Assembly: GCA_024642065.1 (NCBI GenBank)
Contig: JAHEBW010000033.1
Location: forward strand, 1 to 25,953
Reading direction: 5' to 3'
Source: Polynucleobacter sp.
Lineage (GTDB): Bacteria; Pseudomonadota; Gammaproteobacteria; Burkholderiales; Burkholderiaceae
Length of the DNA stretch: 25,953 nucleotides
Shown: positions 15,132-23,175 of the stretch, piece by piece
Layout: every line of letters begins with the position of its first letter
Numbering within the stretch: position 1 is the stretch's first letter
Translations under genes and position numbers: made by a program
Notes under the pieces: model-generated
Told to the model about the DNA's origin: nothing
Seen by the model: the letters and a program-made list of their open reading frames with translations, nothing else
Database searches by the model: none

Positions 15132-15234
15132 AAAATGCGTCATCCAAGCAGAAGCGACAAACTAAAGAGCTTCTTAGAGGAAGATTGATCAATAAGGGCC
15201 CTTAGCTCAGTTGGTTAGAGCAGAGGACTCATAA
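15132..15234 (+). repeat. Right 103-bp direct repeat (attR): island-borne copy of the rpoD 3' end, spacer and tRNA 5' half
   Basis: 100 of 103 positions are identical to 9353-9455. The sequence to its left is unrelated to rpoD. Confidence 0.95.
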
Positions 15235-15272
15235 TCCTTTGGTCCGCGGTTCAAGTCCGCGAGGGCCCACCA
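15196..15272 (+). tRNA. tRNA with CAU anticodon, most likely tRNA-Ile2 (lysidine-modified); elongator tRNA-Met not excluded
   Basis: 77-nt cloverleaf: acceptor GGGCCCT/AGGGCCC, D-arm GCTC/GAGC, anticodon stem GAGGA/TCCTT with loop CTCATAA, T-arm CGCGG-TTCAAGT-CCGCG, and an encoded CCA. It closely resembles E. coli ileX as I remember it, including C4 and C5 in the acceptor stem. Confidence 0.9.
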
Positions 15273-15280
15273 GTAGTCAC

Positions 15281-15314
15281 AAACCCCCTTCAGAAATGTT
15301 GGGGGTTTTTGTTT
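15281..15314 (+). terminator. Rho-independent terminator after the tRNA
   Basis: AAACCCCC (15281-15288), a 12-nt loop, GGGGGTTT (15301-15308), continuing TTGTTT. Confidence 0.75.
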
Positions 15315-15377
15315 ATCAGCACATATTTAATTTGCTTGATATCCTTGATGATATTTTTAAAATCTAAAACACAATAA

Positions 15378-16031
15378 ATGAATATCAACTCTGATTACAG
15401 CCAGCGAGTCGTTCTTAATCATCATGATTTAAGTTGGGTAGCTAGCCCTGAATTGGGTGTTGAAAGAAAAATGTTTGAGCGACTTGGCGATGAGGTGGCA
15501 AAGGCTACTTCTATTGTGAAATATCAAGCAGGTTCTCAATTTAAAACGCACACCCATGATTTGGGTGAAGAGATATTGGTGCTGGAGGGGGTTTTTAGCG
15601 ATGAGTCTGGCGACTACCCTGCTGGCACTTACATCATGAATCCTCCAGGATCCTCTCATGCCCCATATAGTAAGTTGGGATGTACTCTATTTGTAAAGCT
15701 CAGGCATCTAGGTCCCGATCAAGTAGAGCGAGAAATTGTGGATACAAAATCAACTGAATGGTTGCAAGGGATGGTGCCAGGTCTTCATGTCATGCCCTTA
15801 ATGCGACAGGGAACTGGGTCAACATTGGTTCGCTGGGCTCCTCAAACTTATTTCAACCCCCATAAACATTTTGGCGGTGAAGAAATATTTGTAGTTGCTG
15901 GTGTCTTTGAAGATGAACATGGACGCTATCCAGCTGGATCATGGATTAGAAGTCCTCATATGAGTTTGCATCAGCCATTCAGTAAAGAGGGTTGCACCAT
16001 CTTTGTAAAAACTGGACATCTTTTAGAGTAA
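15378..16031 (+). CDS. Bicupin protein (ChrR-like cupin domains, no anti-sigma N-domain)
   Basis: 217 aa with two internally homologous halves (THTHDLGEEILVLEGVFSDESGDYPAGTY...GCTLFVKLRHL and PHKHFGGEEIFVVAGVFEDEHGRYPAGSW...GCTIFVKTGHL). Confidence 0.75.
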   Translation: MNINSDYSQRVVLNHHDLSWVASPELGVERKMFERLGDEVAKATSIVKYQAGSQFKTHTHDLGEEILVLEGVFSDESGDYPAGTYIMNPPGSSHAPYSKLGCTLFVKLRHLGPDQVEREIVDTKSTEWLQGMVPGLHVMPLMRQGTGSTLVRWAPQTYFNPHKHFGGEEIFVVAGVFEDEHGRYPAGSWIRSPHMSLHQPFSKEGCTIFVKTGHLLE

Positions 16032-16163
16032 TTAAAAAATCTAACTGGCTGCTGGTTCAGGCTGGATGACTTAGGTGCTGTTTACCTTAAGGGATTAATT
16101 TCCTTAATTGGTGTTTAATGACTGTTATAAATTTTTAATTACAAAATATTCGGAGATTTTTAG

Positions 16164-17504
16164 ATGTCACTCATCGAGAAACTGAAGCAACGTGCCTCTG
16201 ACAACAACCCAGTTCGTGTAGCCATCATCGGCGCGGGTAAGTTTGGTTCTATGTATCTTTCACAGGCACCTAGAACGCCAGGCATTCACTTGGTGGCTAT
16301 TGCTGATTTATCTCCAACAAGAGCAAAAGAATCCCTAACTCGTGTGGGTTGGGATGAGTCTCGATATAGTGCCACCTCACTACAAGATGCAGCTAAATCA
16401 GGATCAACATTTATCACTGATGATGCGGAAAAGATTATTTCTAGCGAATATGTTGATATTGTTATCGATTCCACGGGTAACCCTGCCGCTGGTATACGTC
16501 ATGCATTACTCTGTTTTGATCATCGCAAGCACATCATCATGGTCAACGTTGAGGCAGATGTTTTAGCGGGGCCATTGCTAGCTCGTAAAGCAGCTGAAGC
16601 GGGCGTTATTTATTCAATGGCATCAGGAGACCAACCGGCCCTCATTGCAGAACTAGTTGATTGGGCTGAAACGATTGGCTTGGAAGTGGTTTGTGCAGGT
16701 AAGGGTACAAAGTACTTGCCTATCTACCATCAATCCACCCCTCAAACTGTATGGGGACATTACGGATTCTCTGAGCAACAAGTTGCTAGTGGTGATTTCA
16801 ATGCCCAAATGTTTAATTCATTTTTAGATGGCACCAAATCAGCCCTTGAGATGGCTGCTGTTGCCAATGGCTGTAATTTATTGCCGCCATCCGATGGTTT
16901 GATGTTCCCTCCATGTGGTGTAGATGATTTGCCTGACATCTTGCGACCTATTTCTGATGGAGGCATCCTGCCTCAAAAAGGAACAGTAGAAGTTGTTTCA
17001 TCGATTGAAAGAGATGGTCGTCCAGTATTCAGAGATCTGCGCTGGGGTGTCTATGTTGTGTTTGAGGCGCCAAGCAAATATGTCATGGATTGCTTTAATC
17101 AGTATGGCCTTAAAACTGATAGCACAGGTAAGTATGCAGCGATGTACAAGCCTTATCACTTAATTGGGTTAGAGCTAGGTATTTCTGTTGCAAGCATTGC
17201 AGTGCGTGGTGAAGCAACTGGTGCGACTGGTAATTGGAGTGGTGACGTAGTGGCAACTGCGAAACGCGCTTTAAAAGCAGGTGAAAAATTAGATGGTGAA
17301 GGTGGCTTTACTGTTTATGGCAAATTAATGACTGCTGCTGACTCTCTTAAATTAGAAGCTTTACCAATTGGTTTAGCTCACAACATGGTTCTTAAGAGAG
17401 ATATACCAGCAGGTCAGCCAGTTTGTTGGAGTGATGTTGATTACGATGCCACTCAACAAGCAATTCGCTTTAGAAGAGAGATGGAAGCAGTATTCCGAAA
17501 ATAA
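16164..17504 (+). CDS. NAD(P)-dependent oxidoreductase, homoserine-dehydrogenase-like with a C-terminal SAF domain (COG4091-type)
   Basis: 446 aa. It has an N-terminal Rossmann motif (VAIIGAGKFGSMYL). The overall layout matches my memory of COG4091 proteins. Confidence 0.65.
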   Translation: MSLIEKLKQRASDNNPVRVAIIGAGKFGSMYLSQAPRTPGIHLVAIADLSPTRAKESLTRVGWDESRYSATSLQDAAKSGSTFITDDAEKIISSEYVDIVIDSTGNPAAGIRHALLCFDHRKHIIMVNVEADVLAGPLLARKAAEAGVIYSMASGDQPALIAELVDWAETIGLEVVCAGKGTKYLPIYHQSTPQTVWGHYGFSEQQVASGDFNAQMFNSFLDGTKSALEMAAVANGCNLLPPSDGLMFPPCGVDDLPDILRPISDGGILPQKGTVEVVSSIERDGRPVFRDLRWGVYVVFEAPSKYVMDCFNQYGLKTDSTGKYAAMYKPYHLIGLELGISVASIAVRGEATGATGNWSGDVVATAKRALKAGEKLDGEGGFTVYGKLMTAADSLKLEALPIGLAHNMVLKRDIPAGQPVCWSDVDYDATQQAIRFRREMEAVFRK

Positions 17505-18542
17505 TTAGCCTTTTAAGGTCTCATTAAACAGAAGCTTCCAAGCAGCTTTATAAGCAACGATTTCAGCTACCTCATTGGGGAGTGTGTTGAGGAAAAACCG
17601 CAAACTTTGCGTCCACTCCCCCAGCTTTTCAATCCTGTCCCCACCAAGATCTAGTGCGGCTAAGAACCTATAGGGATTCGCAATAATTAATTTATTCCAG
17701 GCATCTTGATTGGCCCAGTAGCGAGCATGCAATTCACCACTTAATGGATATTTAGATCTTGAGTTACCGAAAGCCGTATCAATATATAAATTCTTATGCT
17801 TATCAAGTAGTGCGCTAATGTACTCTGGGGAGTAAATAGATGACCTTGAAGAGTAACGAATTTGAGCAAGATGACACCAAATGACTTTAGCGTTTGGATA
17901 TTGCGTCAGCATTTTTTCAAGAGGACCTAGAAGGCCGTCTTCAATTTCATAATGGATTTGGAATGGGACTCCGGTCTTCTGTGCAAAGGCAAAAAGTCTG
18001 TGACCTAATGGACTATCAATCGGAATATTGACATCACGATCTTCACCTCTTTGAACTTGCCGAGGAGATGGGTAGTGTCTAAATTCAAATTCACCCATTA
18101 AAGGTGTTTTTTGTAGAACAACACTTTTTTCATTTTCATCCAGAAAGCGATCGGGGGTTTTTGTCCACGCTGGATCGACGCCGCCATTCCCGGTGGGGAT
18201 GAAGTACTCAGGATATTTAATGGCTAGTTGGTCACTATCGGCATTCCAAATTTGACCTTGTTCCGCAAGTTTTTTCGGCTGAGTTAATGAAAGACACACT
18301 TGGGCAATACCTGCTCGATCCATCGCCTGTATGAAGCTTTGTGCGTCAAAAGTTAGAGGGTTGTATGAGCTTTCAATATCAATGATCGGTATCAGGCCTG
18401 ACTTCTTGATGGATTGAATGCGATTTAAATAGCCTTGCTTTGCTTTCGCAAAATCAAATTTGTACTCTTGTGACCAAGCCATATTTATATTTGTAGTTAA
18501 TAGGCTTAGTACGCTAAATTTTAGGAATGGTCTTCTTTTCAT
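17505..18542 (-). CDS. Tat-signal amidohydrolase-family (TIM-barrel metal hydrolase) protein
   Basis: The preferred start is M45 of the track ORF (ATG at 18542), giving MKRRPFLKFSVLSLL, which matches the twin-arginine RRxFLK consensus. The family call rests on general resemblance only. Its stop abuts the stop of the preceding gene. Confidence 0.55.
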   Translation of the reverse strand: MKRRPFLKFSVLSLLTTNINMAWSQEYKFDFAKAKQGYLNRIQSIKKSGLIPIIDIESSYNPLTFDAQSFIQAMDRAGIAQVCLSLTQPKKLAEQGQIWNADSDQLAIKYPEYFIPTGNGGVDPAWTKTPDRFLDENEKSVVLQKTPLMGEFEFRHYPSPRQVQRGEDRDVNIPIDSPLGHRLFAFAQKTGVPFQIHYEIEDGLLGPLEKMLTQYPNAKVIWCHLAQIRYSSRSSIYSPEYISALLDKHKNLYIDTAFGNSRSKYPLSGELHARYWANQDAWNKLIIANPYRFLAALDLGGDRIEKLGEWTQSLRFFLNTLPNEVAEIVAYKAAWKLLFNETLKG

Positions 18543-18727
18543 AGATTTATTTTGACTGAAAAATATGAGATTGAACAGATCTGCATCACGCTTCAATAAT
18601 ATGTCAGCTTCCCTAAAGTGCTTTACTAGGGTTTTTCTTATGTGGCGACCCCAAATAATCATTGATTGCGGCATTAATGACTGTTAGATTGAAGGTATCT
18701 GATTTTCTTCAAAAAGTGAGGCTTGTC

Positions 18728-19309
18728 ATGAGTTACGGTTCACCCAAATCAAAATTAGGCGGCAATTTATCTGCTCAGCAACAAAAGATGATGGAATCAT
18801 CCCAAGCAATAGGTAAGCTCACCGTTGAAAGTGCTCAGGCGATTGCCCAAATTAATCAGCAGGCCGTCCAAGACATGGCTACTGCCTTTCAAGAAAAAGT
18901 GGCTGAGCTGCTTAAAGTAAAAAATCCTCAAGAAGCATTTGATGTGGTTCACGCTCAGGTATTGCAGGATGCTGCAAAGCAAGTCACAGACTACCAAGCC
19001 AAAGTCGCTAAGGTTATGAAAGCCAATCATGATGACTTGTCTGGATTGGCAGAGTCTTTGATTCAGCAATCAAAGATGGACTTAATTCATTTTGTTAATG
19101 ATGCAACTGCTAATGCCCCTGCTGGATCAGAGCCCTATGTTTCAGTATTTAAAACAGCTTTTAGCAATGCGCTTCAGAATTTTGAGCTCATCAGAGCTAG
19201 TACAGCTGATTCTTTCGCTAATTTCGAAAAAAGCGTCAACAATATGAGTCATCTCTCAACGGCCGCTGCCCCGAAAAAGACAGCATCTAAGACTCGATCT
19301 AAAAAATAA
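18728..19309 (+). CDS. Phasin family protein (PHA granule-associated)
   Basis: 193 aa from the ATG at 18728. The Ala/Gln-rich helical sequence (ESAQAIAQINQQAVQDMATAFQEKVAELLKVKNPQEAFD) is typical of betaproteobacterial phasins. It has a short basic tail (KKTASKTRSKK). Confidence 0.7.
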   Translation: MSYGSPKSKLGGNLSAQQQKMMESSQAIGKLTVESAQAIAQINQQAVQDMATAFQEKVAELLKVKNPQEAFDVVHAQVLQDAAKQVTDYQAKVAKVMKANHDDLSGLAESLIQQSKMDLIHFVNDATANAPAGSEPYVSVFKTAFSNALQNFELIRASTADSFANFEKSVNNMSHLSTAAAPKKTASKTRSKK

Positions 19310-19330
19310 GCATTAAAGCAGTATGAAGTA

Positions 19331-19360
19331 AAAAAAGCTTGGTTTTGGCCGAGCTTTTTT
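19331..19360 (+). terminator. Rho-independent terminator after the phasin gene
   Basis: AAAAAGCTTGG, loop TTTTGG, CCGAGCTTTTT (one G-T pair), ending in a T-run. Confidence 0.6.
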
Positions 19361-19419
19361 ATTTATTATCTAATTTATAGAAACCATAAATTAGGCGCTA
19401 AAAGGCGTACACTGCAAAG

Positions 19420-20997
19420 ATGACTAATGAATTTAATCCTAGTGCAGATCTAGGTTTGCGCTATTTACGACTTTTTGAAACTGCACAAGATGGTATTTTG
19501 ATTCTTGACTATGCCACTGGAAAGATAGAAGACGCGAATCCCTTCTTAACTGATTTACTCGGGTATTCCAAAGATGAGTTAATTGGTAAAGAGCTTTGGG
19601 AGATTGGGCCTTTTATTGATAAAGAACCAGCGCTATTAGCATTTCAAGAGTTGCATGATTCAGGATACGTACGTTATGAAAATTTGCCACTAAGAAGTAA
19701 AAGTGGAAGAGTTTTAGAGGTTGAATTTGTCAGCAATGCCTATCGTGTTAATGGTGATCAGGTTATACAGTGCAATATTCGTGATATCACCGATAGAAGA
19801 CTGGCTGAAGAAGAGTTAAAAAAATCTAGATCAATGTTGGAGAAGCAAAATTGGGCTGTATTGGCATATGCCCATGCTGCTATAGCTTTATCACGCGCTG
19901 AGACCGAAGAAGTTTTGGTTGGGGATGTTTGTTGCGCTATTGTTAAAGAGGCTCCTTACGTGATTGCTTGGGTCGGTATGGCAGAGCATGACTCACAGAA
20001 AACAGTGCGGGTTGCAGGGATGGAAGGGCCATCAAGACAGTATGCAGAGGGTATACAAGTCAGTTGGGCTGAAGATTCTCCGACAGGCAAGGGACCTGTA
20101 GGTCAGTGCATACGAACTGGCACTTCAACCATTATTGAAGATACAGAAATTGATCCTCGTTTTCTTCCATGGCGTGAGCGAGCCAGATCGTATGGCATTC
20201 GGTGTGTTGTTGCTACTCCAATCCATGATGGAAACGAAACGATTGGTGCAGTAGCTGTCTATTCAAAAGTTGCTAATGCATTTACAGATAGTGAAATCCA
20301 TCTATTCGAGAACTTATCAGATGAAATTGGCTATGGCTTAAGGTCAATTCAACATCGTCAGGCGCTTGATCTTGAGATGAAGCAAAGGCAAGAAGCTCAA
20401 AATCAATTGACGCTTGCCTTGGAGTCAACGATTGCAGCCATGTCTAAAACCATGGAATGGCGTGATCCGTATACCGCAGGTCACCAAAGACGTGTCGCAG
20501 ATATAGCCGTGTTACTAGGTGAAAAATTAGGGTTGGACCAGGATCGCCTAAGCGGTCTTCATATGGCTGGAATGGTGCATGACATAGGTAAGGTGGCCAT
20601 TCCATCTGAGATTCTGACTAAGCCTACAGCTTTAACAGCGCTAGAGCGACAAATGGTTCAGGGTCATGTTGAATCGGGATACCAAATTTTGAAAGATGTT
20701 CCATTTAATTGGCCCATTGCAAATATGGTGAGGCAACACCATGAGCGTATAGATGGTTCTGGATATCCTTTGGGACTTAAGGGTGATGAGATTCTCCTTG
20801 AATCAAAAATATTGGCAGTAGCTGACACCATTGAGGCGATGGCATCTCACCGACCTTATCGACCGGCAAAAACACTTTCTGAAACATTTGGCGAGCTAGA
20901 AAGATTATCAGGCGTATTTTTTGATAAAGAGGTTGTTCAAGTCGCTTTGGATTTATTTAATGATGAATCCCTCATTAAAAAAATGCTGGAGCATTGA
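19420..20997 (+). CDS. PAS-GAF-HD-GYP protein (c-di-GMP phosphodiesterase type)
   Basis: 525 aa. It has an N-terminal PAS domain (FETAQDGILILD...NPFLTDLLGY), a central GAF-like region, and C-terminal HDIGKV and HHERIDGSGYP motifs. Confidence 0.85.
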   Translation: MTNEFNPSADLGLRYLRLFETAQDGILILDYATGKIEDANPFLTDLLGYSKDELIGKELWEIGPFIDKEPALLAFQELHDSGYVRYENLPLRSKSGRVLEVEFVSNAYRVNGDQVIQCNIRDITDRRLAEEELKKSRSMLEKQNWAVLAYAHAAIALSRAETEEVLVGDVCCAIVKEAPYVIAWVGMAEHDSQKTVRVAGMEGPSRQYAEGIQVSWAEDSPTGKGPVGQCIRTGTSTIIEDTEIDPRFLPWRERARSYGIRCVVATPIHDGNETIGAVAVYSKVANAFTDSEIHLFENLSDEIGYGLRSIQHRQALDLEMKQRQEAQNQLTLALESTIAAMSKTMEWRDPYTAGHQRRVADIAVLLGEKLGLDQDRLSGLHMAGMVHDIGKVAIPSEILTKPTALTALERQMVQGHVESGYQILKDVPFNWPIANMVRQHHERIDGSGYPLGLKGDEILLESKILAVADTIEAMASHRPYRPAKTLSETFGELERLSGVFFDKEVVQVALDLFNDESLIKKMLEH

Positions 20998-21001
20998 CCT
21001 G

Positions 21002-21829
21002 GTGAAGTATTTAGTTATCTCAATTTATGTTTTAGCTATAGGACTTCAAATCTACAGTGTTTGGTTTGCCTTCAAGCTTCTAAAAAAAGTAAAGAGCTAT
21101 GCCTACAGTATCTTTTTTATACCGCTAGGTCTTTTAATCATTATTTTTGATAAGTTGTACTACTTGATAGATTGCTGTCTATTGGGGCAGTACAGGATCC
21201 CAGAGGCTATCACTTATTTACTTATTTCATTTTTTGTATTGATTGGGGTGGTTGGGCTTCATAAACTATTCAATGTTTTGGAAGATCAAAATGAGAAATT
21301 AGAATTAATTTCTAAAACTGATCACTTAACTAAAGCTCTAAGTCGCTTAGAGATTGAGTCTCAAATTATTCAAGAAATAAAAAGAAGTGAACGCAGTAAA
21401 CATCCTATTGCATTTGTCATGCTGGATATTGATCACTTTAAAAAAGTGAATGATTCATATGGTCACGGCGTCGGTGATTTGGTTCTTCAGGCTTTATCCA
21501 AATATTGCGCATCACAGTTACGAACAGTTGATGCATTTGGTCGTGTTGGCGGTGAAGAATTCTTAATGATGTTGGCGGATACCGATGAGTCAGAAGCACT
21601 CTTAGTTGCTGAGCGCATTCGTGAGGGGGTCGCGTCTTTGGTTTGTGCAAAGGTAGCTGGTGACGAGATAAAAATTCAAATAAGTCTTGGAATATCAGTC
21701 TATGAACCAGGGTTGGACGCTCCCGAAACGCCTATTCAGTTAATGAAGAAATATTTCAGAAGGTCAGATTTAGCAATGTATAAGGCCAAGCAGTCAGGCC
21801 GAAATCAAACTAAGTGTTGGCACGAGTAG
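21002..21829 (+). CDS. Membrane-anchored diguanylate cyclase (GGDEF domain, GGEEF active site, RxxD I-site)
   Basis: Hydrophobic N-terminus, then a GGDEF domain with RTVDAFGRVGGEEF. The start is uncertain. I favour GTG 21002, which has a GGAG RBS at 20988-20991 and does not overlap the upstream gene. ATG 20957 or 20960, or the track start 20921, would overlap it by 38-77 nt. Confidence 0.85.
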   Translation: MKYLVISIYVLAIGLQIYSVWFAFKLLKKVKSYAYSIFFIPLGLLIIIFDKLYYLIDCCLLGQYRIPEAITYLLISFFVLIGVVGLHKLFNVLEDQNEKLELISKTDHLTKALSRLEIESQIIQEIKRSERSKHPIAFVMLDIDHFKKVNDSYGHGVGDLVLQALSKYCASQLRTVDAFGRVGGEEFLMMLADTDESEALLVAERIREGVASLVCAKVAGDEIKIQISLGISVYEPGLDAPETPIQLMKKYFRRSDLAMYKAKQSGRNQTKCWHE

Positions 21830-21873
21830 GACTAGTTAAAAAGCCATTTGAAAAGGCTACTTAAGGAAAGCAT

Positions 21874-23175
21874 ATGTACGTTAACGTAAAAACAAAGTTC
21901 GGATCTGCATTTCTTATTGCAGCTGCGTGGTGTATTTTTTCAATATGGGCGAGTCGGTATTGGTTTGATGATTTATCCATACTTGTTGGGCCTTGGTTGG
22001 CAGCATTCTTAATTGGATTTATTGCCATCATCCCGGGCTTCATGAACGCTTTCATGTTTTCAAGTTTATTGTTAGATAAACGCCCACTTAGAAAACATCT
22101 CGATACATATCCAGAGCTATCAATCTTGATCGCTTGCTATAACGAAGAAAAATATATAGTTCAAACAATCGAAAGCATTCTTACTCAGGCTTACCCAGCT
22201 AAGTATGAAGTAATTGTGATTGACGATGGCTCACAAGATAAAACCAGTGAGCTAGTCAAGCAAATAGCCGCTGCAGATAATCCTGTGCGACTCATTCAGC
22301 TAAATAGTAATCAAGGTAAAGCAGCTGCTTTAAATGTTGGATTGGCACAAGCGCAATATTCAAAAGTAGTCACCATCGACGCTGATTCTTATTTATTTAA
22401 GGATGCTTTAAGTAGGATTGCAGAGCGTTATGTCAATGACCCCTCTAATACAAGAGCTGTAGCAGGTACTACATTGGTGCGTAACTCACGTGATAATTGG
22501 TTAACGCAGTCACAAGAGTGGGATTACTTTCATGGCATAGCGACTGTTAAGCGTGTTCAATCGCTCAATCAAGGCACATTGGTTGCCCAGGGTTGTTTTT
22601 CGATATATGACAAAGCTGCACTAAACGAAGTGGGCGGGTGGCCTCAGGTTGTGGGAGAAGATATTGTTTTAACTTGGGCCCTTCTGCAAAAAGGGTACAG
22701 AGTTGGCTATTGTGAGGATGCTGTGATTTTTACAGTAGTCCCTAATACTCTAAGCGGTCTAATTAAACAGCGCCAACGTTGGGCAAGAGGAATGATTGAG
22801 GCGTTCAAATTTCATCCTAAGATCCTATTTACACGTCGTTTATCCACCTTCTTCATTTGGTGGGATTTGTTTTTCCCATTAATGGATATTGCTTTTACCT
22901 TTGGCTTTCTGCCAGGAATAGTTTTAGCTTTATTTGGACATTATTGGATTGTCGGTCCGATGACCTTGAGCTTATTTCCAATAGCTCTATTAATCAATTG
23001 GATTATGTTTCATACAGAAAACAAGATGTTCAAAGAGCAGGGTTTACATGTTCGACAAAACACGTTGGGGTTCCTTATTTATTTGCTCCCTTACAGCATG
23101 ATTTTGCAGCCTGCTGCAGTGTTAGGTTATTTGGTTGAGTTTTTAGGGTTGAAAAAAGTTTGGGGTACAAAATGA
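21874..23175 (+). CDS. Family 2 processive glycosyltransferase, PgaC/IcaA-like (poly-beta-1,6-GlcNAc synthase type)
   Basis: 433 aa with N- and C-terminal TM segments. Motifs: ILIACYNEE, VIDDGSQDKT, NQGKAAALN, TIDADS, GEDIVLTW and QRQRWARG (QxxRW). Block-by-block it resembles E. coli PgaC as I remember it. Confidence 0.85.
   Translation: MYVNVKTKFGSAFLIAAAWCIFSIWASRYWFDDLSILVGPWLAAFLIGFIAIIPGFMNAFMFSSLLLDKRPLRKHLDTYPELSILIACYNEEKYIVQTIESILTQAYPAKYEVIVIDDGSQDKTSELVKQIAAADNPVRLIQLNSNQGKAAALNVGLAQAQYSKVVTIDADSYLFKDALSRIAERYVNDPSNTRAVAGTTLVRNSRDNWLTQSQEWDYFHGIATVKRVQSLNQGTLVAQGCFSIYDKAALNEVGGWPQVVGEDIVLTWALLQKGYRVGYCEDAVIFTVVPNTLSGLIKQRQRWARGMIEAFKFHPKILFTRRLSTFFIWWDLFFPLMDIAFTFGFLPGIVLALFGHYWIVGPMTLSLFPIALLINWIMFHTENKMFKEQGLHVRQNTLGFLIYLLPYSMILQPAAVLGYLVEFLGLKKVWGTK

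Larger units (their letters stand above)
9456..15234 (+). mobile_element. Integrative genomic island, 5,779 bp (one repeat copy counted), inserted in tRNA(CAU)
   Basis: It has flanking 103-bp direct repeats and a tyrosine integrase next to attL. It interrupts an otherwise contiguous rpoD-tRNA-terminator unit. It looks more AT-rich than the flanks by eye (not computed). Confidence 0.9.

Noticed and set aside
14917-15192. 91-aa minus-strand ORF running across the right island end into the attR repeat
   Set aside because: It reads the reverse complement of the copied rpoD 3' end and of repeat f. It has a Cys/Leu-rich odd composition. The region is better explained by the repeat, a promoter-like sequence and attR.
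15132-15192. Second copy of the rpoD 3' end as a gene or pseudogene
   Set aside because: Only the last 19 codons are present, preceded by unrelated sequence. It is part of the att repeat, not an independent coding feature.
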